A stretch of DNA of 64,000 bases from Candidatus Levyibacteriota bacterium. GTDB taxonomy: Bacteria; Patescibacteriota; Microgenomatia; Levybacterales; UBA12049. The stretch lies in the NCBI GenBank assembly GCA_963790825.1, contig CAWBPM010000003.1:253681-317680 (forward strand), given 5' to 3'. The translations under genes were made by a program, and so were the position numbers. The notes beneath the pieces were generated by a model. That model made no database searches, was not told where the DNA came from, and was given only the letters and a program-made list of their open reading frames with translations. Shown in pieces: positions 60,277 to 64,000 of the stretch. Numbering within the stretch: position 1 is the stretch's first letter; every line of letters begins with the position of its first letter.

Positions 60277-60678
60277 ATGGATATAAAAAATGGTTCCCTA
60301 TATTCTTTTATACCAAGACCCTTGGCTATAGAAGACAGACCGGAACTAAACGTATTTTCCTACAATGTTTTCGTTGCAATGTACAGAATAAACCAGGAAG
60401 GAAAAAGAGAAATGGGGTCAGTAGTGTATGAACCAGATTTAACAACTTACAAAAGAGACGGAGATATACAAACTTTAAGTTATTTAAATAAATATAATCA
60501 CGATTATAAGCTTGTTATTTCGTATAATAGCGAAATAAAAACTTACCGCTGTGATAAATTCAAGGGAGAAGAAAACTTAGGAATTGCCTTAGGAAATAAT
60601 TGGAAACAATTTTTTATTCATGTCGGGATACTTGGTCTTGCCAACGGAGAAACTTGTCTATTTCAAGAAATTAATTAA
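60277..60678 (+). CDS. Unknown protein, SAM-riboswitch-controlled paralogue 2
   Basis: Colinear with 59822-60238 and roughly half identical by eye. Confidence 0.8.
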   Translation: MDIKNGSLYSFIPRPLAIEDRPELNVFSYNVFVAMYRINQEGKREMGSVVYEPDLTTYKRDGDIQTLSYLNKYNHDYKLVISYNSEIKTYRCDKFKGEENLGIALGNNWKQFFIHVGILGLANGETCLFQEIN

Positions 60679-60816
60679 TAAACTTTTCTTATAACTAGTT
60701 TCGCATTTTGCAACTTGTACTTGAAATATAGGATTTACGAGTTTATCTTGATCCTTGCGCAGAGGAGCCGAAGAGGCTCCTAATTATTGGATAGATTTTT
60801 AATGAAATGCAGTGGT

Positions 60817-61725
60817 TTAAATCTGTTGTTTAATAATATCAACTGAGCCCAAATTGTGCGCCGAAGATATAGCTTGAAGAGTCTTTATAGCTTTTAATAG
60901 CACAATAACCTTACTTTTATAAATACCACTTCCCGCACCTCCACAATATTCATTTATTGATGGATATTTTTTATATATTTCATTTAACGTTAAATTATTC
61001 TGATCTTTGGCAGTATCAATTATCCCCTGGGAACAGCCAGTATTATTAACGTCAGTATATTTAGTTAATAAATTGTTGAAATAATCCAGATGTGAAATAT
61101 TATCAAGCAAGAATGCCTGCGTAGATGCGTTCCATATATAATAATCCTTCCACTCCATCGCGCAACCGGCGCATCCTATTGCTCCTAAACTGCGTGTTTC
61201 GGTAAAAGAAGATTCTGTATTTGAAAATTGATAATTTAAATACCTGCCGTAGATATCTCCTTCTTCGTTTTCAGGTGAATATACTCTTTTGGGGATACCA
61301 TTCTGCATATGATATATTCCTATTGTTTCAATTGTGCCTGTGGGATGCTCATCATACGCAGTTATGACAAAAAACTGAGGCACATCATCTGGGAATACTT
61401 TTATATCTTTCACCTGTGTAAACAAATTAGGTACCGTATATTTATTTTCTAAAACTCTGCTACCTAAAGTTAAATACCCTAACGTATTAAAGTCTATATG
61501 ATCTCCGCAAAAGATTATGTTTGCCGATAGCCCTTTTAGATTTGAATATGAATCACAAGTTTGATTATTGCTATCAACTGACCCAATGAGAGCAACTTTA
61601 TTAATTTTTGCTGGACCGCTGCTTTGGATCACCATGTGCTGTTGCGCACGAGGTCGTGCAAAAAAATAGTATGTATATAAATTTGTAGTAATAAGAATTA
61701 ATATGAATAATAAAATTTTCTTCAT
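60817..61725 (-). CDS. Secreted/anchored Cys-containing hypothetical protein
   Basis: N-terminal signal/anchor (MKKILLFILILI), CAGC and other Cys residues. Confidence 0.65.
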   Translation of the reverse strand: MKKILLFILILITTNLYTYYFFARPRAQQHMVIQSSGPAKINKVALIGSVDSNNQTCDSYSNLKGLSANIIFCGDHIDFNTLGYLTLGSRVLENKYTVPNLFTQVKDIKVFPDDVPQFFVITAYDEHPTGTIETIGIYHMQNGIPKRVYSPENEEGDIYGRYLNYQFSNTESSFTETRSLGAIGCAGCAMEWKDYYIWNASTQAFLLDNISHLDYFNNLLTKYTDVNNTGCSQGIIDTAKDQNNLTLNEIYKKYPSINEYCGGAGSGIYKSKVIVLLKAIKTLQAISSAHNLGSVDIIKQQI

Positions 61726-61734
61726 GAATAGGTA

Positions 61735-62544
61735 TTACTGGCCCATATAGGCCGGGATTGGATCAAGAGGAGCTACTTTTTTACCATCCCAGTGAAATCG
61801 GACAATCGAAGCCCCTAAAGTTGAGCAGCATAGAGGATCATCCTTCCGATACAGTGTATATTCAACTGCTATCGTATCCTCCGTTGTCCATTTAACCATT
61901 ATATCTGTGCCGGCGAACGCTTCATCTGTCCCAACTGGCTTCCAGTTATAAAAGAAAAATGGTTTTTGGCAGTGTCCGTCTGCAGAACCTGTACATGTCC
62001 CGATTAAAACGGCGAATGGAGATAAATTCAAAGAAGTGTTTTTACTCGGATCATAGATTGTATAACCGTCTTTCTTAATTAATTCAACGGCAGCATCAAT
62101 TGTATTCGGGGCCGGGTTACTTTTGACCTGTACAAAGCTACCATTTTTATAAAGATAACGTATCTCTTTTAATTTATCTGATGAGTTTACCTCATCGCTA
62201 TAAGTTAATACGAATCCATTTCCGGTCCCTGTCTCCCTTACCCCTATCTGCATCATTTCAGGCGATTGGAAGATTACTTTACCCTTCTTTATTATCAATA
62301 ACTTTCCTGCCCCCTGAGTCATGGCTGTAGGAACAATAACTTCACTCTCATCATTTTTATAATCACCATCTACTGAGAAACTATAGTATTCAGGGCATCT
62401 GTAGGAATTACATTCCGGAATTTCCTGACTAACTGATGCCGCTTTCTCTTTAATCACATTAGTGTGTATAAATAAATAAGTCACAGCGGAGCCAAGAAGG
62501 AGAGAAACGGCAGCGATTAGCAACCCGAGCTTCAATTTCATCAT
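61735..62544 (-). CDS. Anchored protein with C-terminal LppP/LprE-like domain
   Basis: C-terminal FFF....VGTD...V.Y..YR.DDPLCC.......RFHWDG.KV...DPIP pattern. Confidence 0.65.
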   Translation of the reverse strand: MMKLKLGLLIAAVSLLLGSAVTYLFIHTNVIKEKAASVSQEIPECNSYRCPEYYSFSVDGDYKNDESEVIVPTAMTQGAGKLLIIKKGKVIFQSPEMMQIGVRETGTGNGFVLTYSDEVNSSDKLKEIRYLYKNGSFVQVKSNPAPNTIDAAVELIKKDGYTIYDPSKNTSLNLSPFAVLIGTCTGSADGHCQKPFFFYNWKPVGTDEAFAGTDIMVKWTTEDTIAVEYTLYRKDDPLCCSTLGASIVRFHWDGKKVAPLDPIPAYMGQ

Positions 62545-62699
62545 ATACTCAACTGTAGTATATTCTGAACTAGCAGTATTGGCAATATTTATGCGTTAGA
62601 GTGCTTGAAGCTATATAGCTACTATAGGTGAGATGTCTGGCGCATTATTCCTGAAGATGCTCAGTTACTAGCTTTTTCGTAATTTCTTCTTAAATATAT

Positions 62700-63510
62700 T
62701 TATATCTCATTCGCAGAAACTATGGTTTTTAATTCTAATCCAAGTGCTTTGAAATGCTCCTCACCACATCTGATTTTTGCTGCTTCGTTATTTCTTAACT
62801 TGTCAAAGTCTTTTGTACTTTTTGTTTCACGAACCAGATAAAGTGTAGAATCTTCATGCTTTACAATAGCCCAATCAGGATTGTAAGTACCAAGTGGTGT
62901 TGATACTTTGAACCAAGCAGGTAATTTAACAAAAAGTTTAATATATTCTTTTCTTTCTAAATCTTCTGCAAACCTTCGCTCAACTTCAGATTCAAATTCG
63001 ATACAGTCATAAACGGATTTTTTGACAGATACGAGATTGTTTAAATATGAAATGATCTCCTCTTCTTCAAATAACCTCATTTCATATTCTTCTCCCGCAA
63101 TTTTTTCATATTTGATTCCACTTAAAATTAGCTTTTGCAGTTCTCTTTTTATAATTTCAACAACAATATCCATAAATTTTTGAGGATTAATTAGAAACTC
63201 CTCTAGTCTGCTTGAGCGTATAAGTATTTGAGCAATGGTATGTCTTGTTAATTCTGTCTCCTTTTGTATATAGCTAATAATGTCGGGCAATAGAAATGAC
63301 GATTCAATCGTTGTAACTTGATTCTTAACCTCAGTAGATTCAACCCCCCTTTCATCAATATCAACAAGTGCTTTAATATACTGAATCTTTATTGGGTTAA
63401 TTCTATCCATTAATTTCAAATCTGACACACAATTCCCAATTAAGTCATCTGTAGTATATACAACTGAATACGTAGTTTTTTTATTGATTTTTTCCCAAAG
63501 AATTTTAAAA
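62700..63510 (-). pseudogene. 3' fragment of a type III restriction endonuclease Res subunit
   Basis: FKILWEKI..KTTYSV, ET.LTR.TI..IL, F..NPQ.F, S.VE..FA..LE, KLP.WF.V.TPLG.YNPDWA and ETK motifs; helicase domains are absent. Confidence 0.8.
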
Positions 63511-64000
63511 GTTATATTGAAAGCCATCAGCCCCGTTTTTTGTTTATTAATGGTCATGGTAATGACAGTGAAATTACTGGACACGATTATGAGACACTAG
63601 TAAAAATTGGCGAAAATGAATATCTATTAGCAGGGAGAATTACGTATGCACGTAGTTGTTCCGCGGCAAAAGTTTTAGGTGAAAATGTAGCGGAGAATAA
63701 TTCAACAACATTCATAGGCTATAACCGAAGCTATATTTTAGGAAGAAATCCATTAAAAGTGGCTAGTCCTTTAGATGATGAAGTTGCGAAATTATTTCTT
63801 GAACCTTCAAATCTAATCCCAATATCAATAATAAAAGGACGAACAGCTGAAGAGGCGTATAATAAGTCGCAAGAAGCAATGAGAAAGAATTTTTCCTTTA
63901 TGCTTTCTTCAAAAGCTACATCTAACCAAAGAGATGCTGCTGTATATCTTTGGTCAAATTTGAGCAGTCAAGTATTACTCGGAGATAAACTGGCCCATCT
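63501..64000 (+). pseudogene. Apparently 5'-truncated clan CD (caspase/gingipain/CHAT-like) protease ORF running off the window
   Basis: Manual translation NFKSYIESHQPRFLFINGHGNDSEITG...ITYARSCSAAKVLG...FIGY shows His-Gly and Ser-Cys dyad motifs; no clear start codon upstream of the His motif. Confidence 0.55.

Noticed and set aside
63511-63584. N-terminal 25 aa of the 294-aa Res ORF in the track
   Set aside because: This part is the antisense of the protease-like frame, not Res sequence.

Overview
Bacterial chromosome segment whose gene content points to a Patescibacteria (CPR), probably Microgenomates-like, organism. The indicators are a short IF2, class I LysRS, a CPR-type pilin and many apparently leaderless genes. 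1-50.3 kb is mostly core genome: a Lon-type ATPase, pnp-rpsO-infB-nusA, hrcA-grpE-dnaK-dnaJ, metG-tatD, a surface-glycan cluster, lysS, murB, a two-subunit ATP-citrate lyase and greA. Embedded in it is an unusual minus-strand run: a VirB2-like pilin, a 2147-aa VirB6/TrbL-like membrane protein with nested repeats, a ClpA/C-like ATPase, a small membrane protein and a membrane-anchored, partly degenerate Clp ATPase, preceded by two tandem TMTC-like glycosyltransferases. 50.5-64 kb is an accessory region with an IS481-like element (inverted repeats and 5-bp target duplication), toxin-antitoxin-like modules, a NERD nuclease, a truncated type III restriction gene, and a SAM-I riboswitch controlling two paralogous unknown proteins. 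A leader-peptide attenuator-like structure lies at 44.94-45.09 kb. Three single-base frameshifts (pnp, dnaK, one TMTC copy) are probably sequencing errors. All calls come from reading motifs by eye; no database searches were run.
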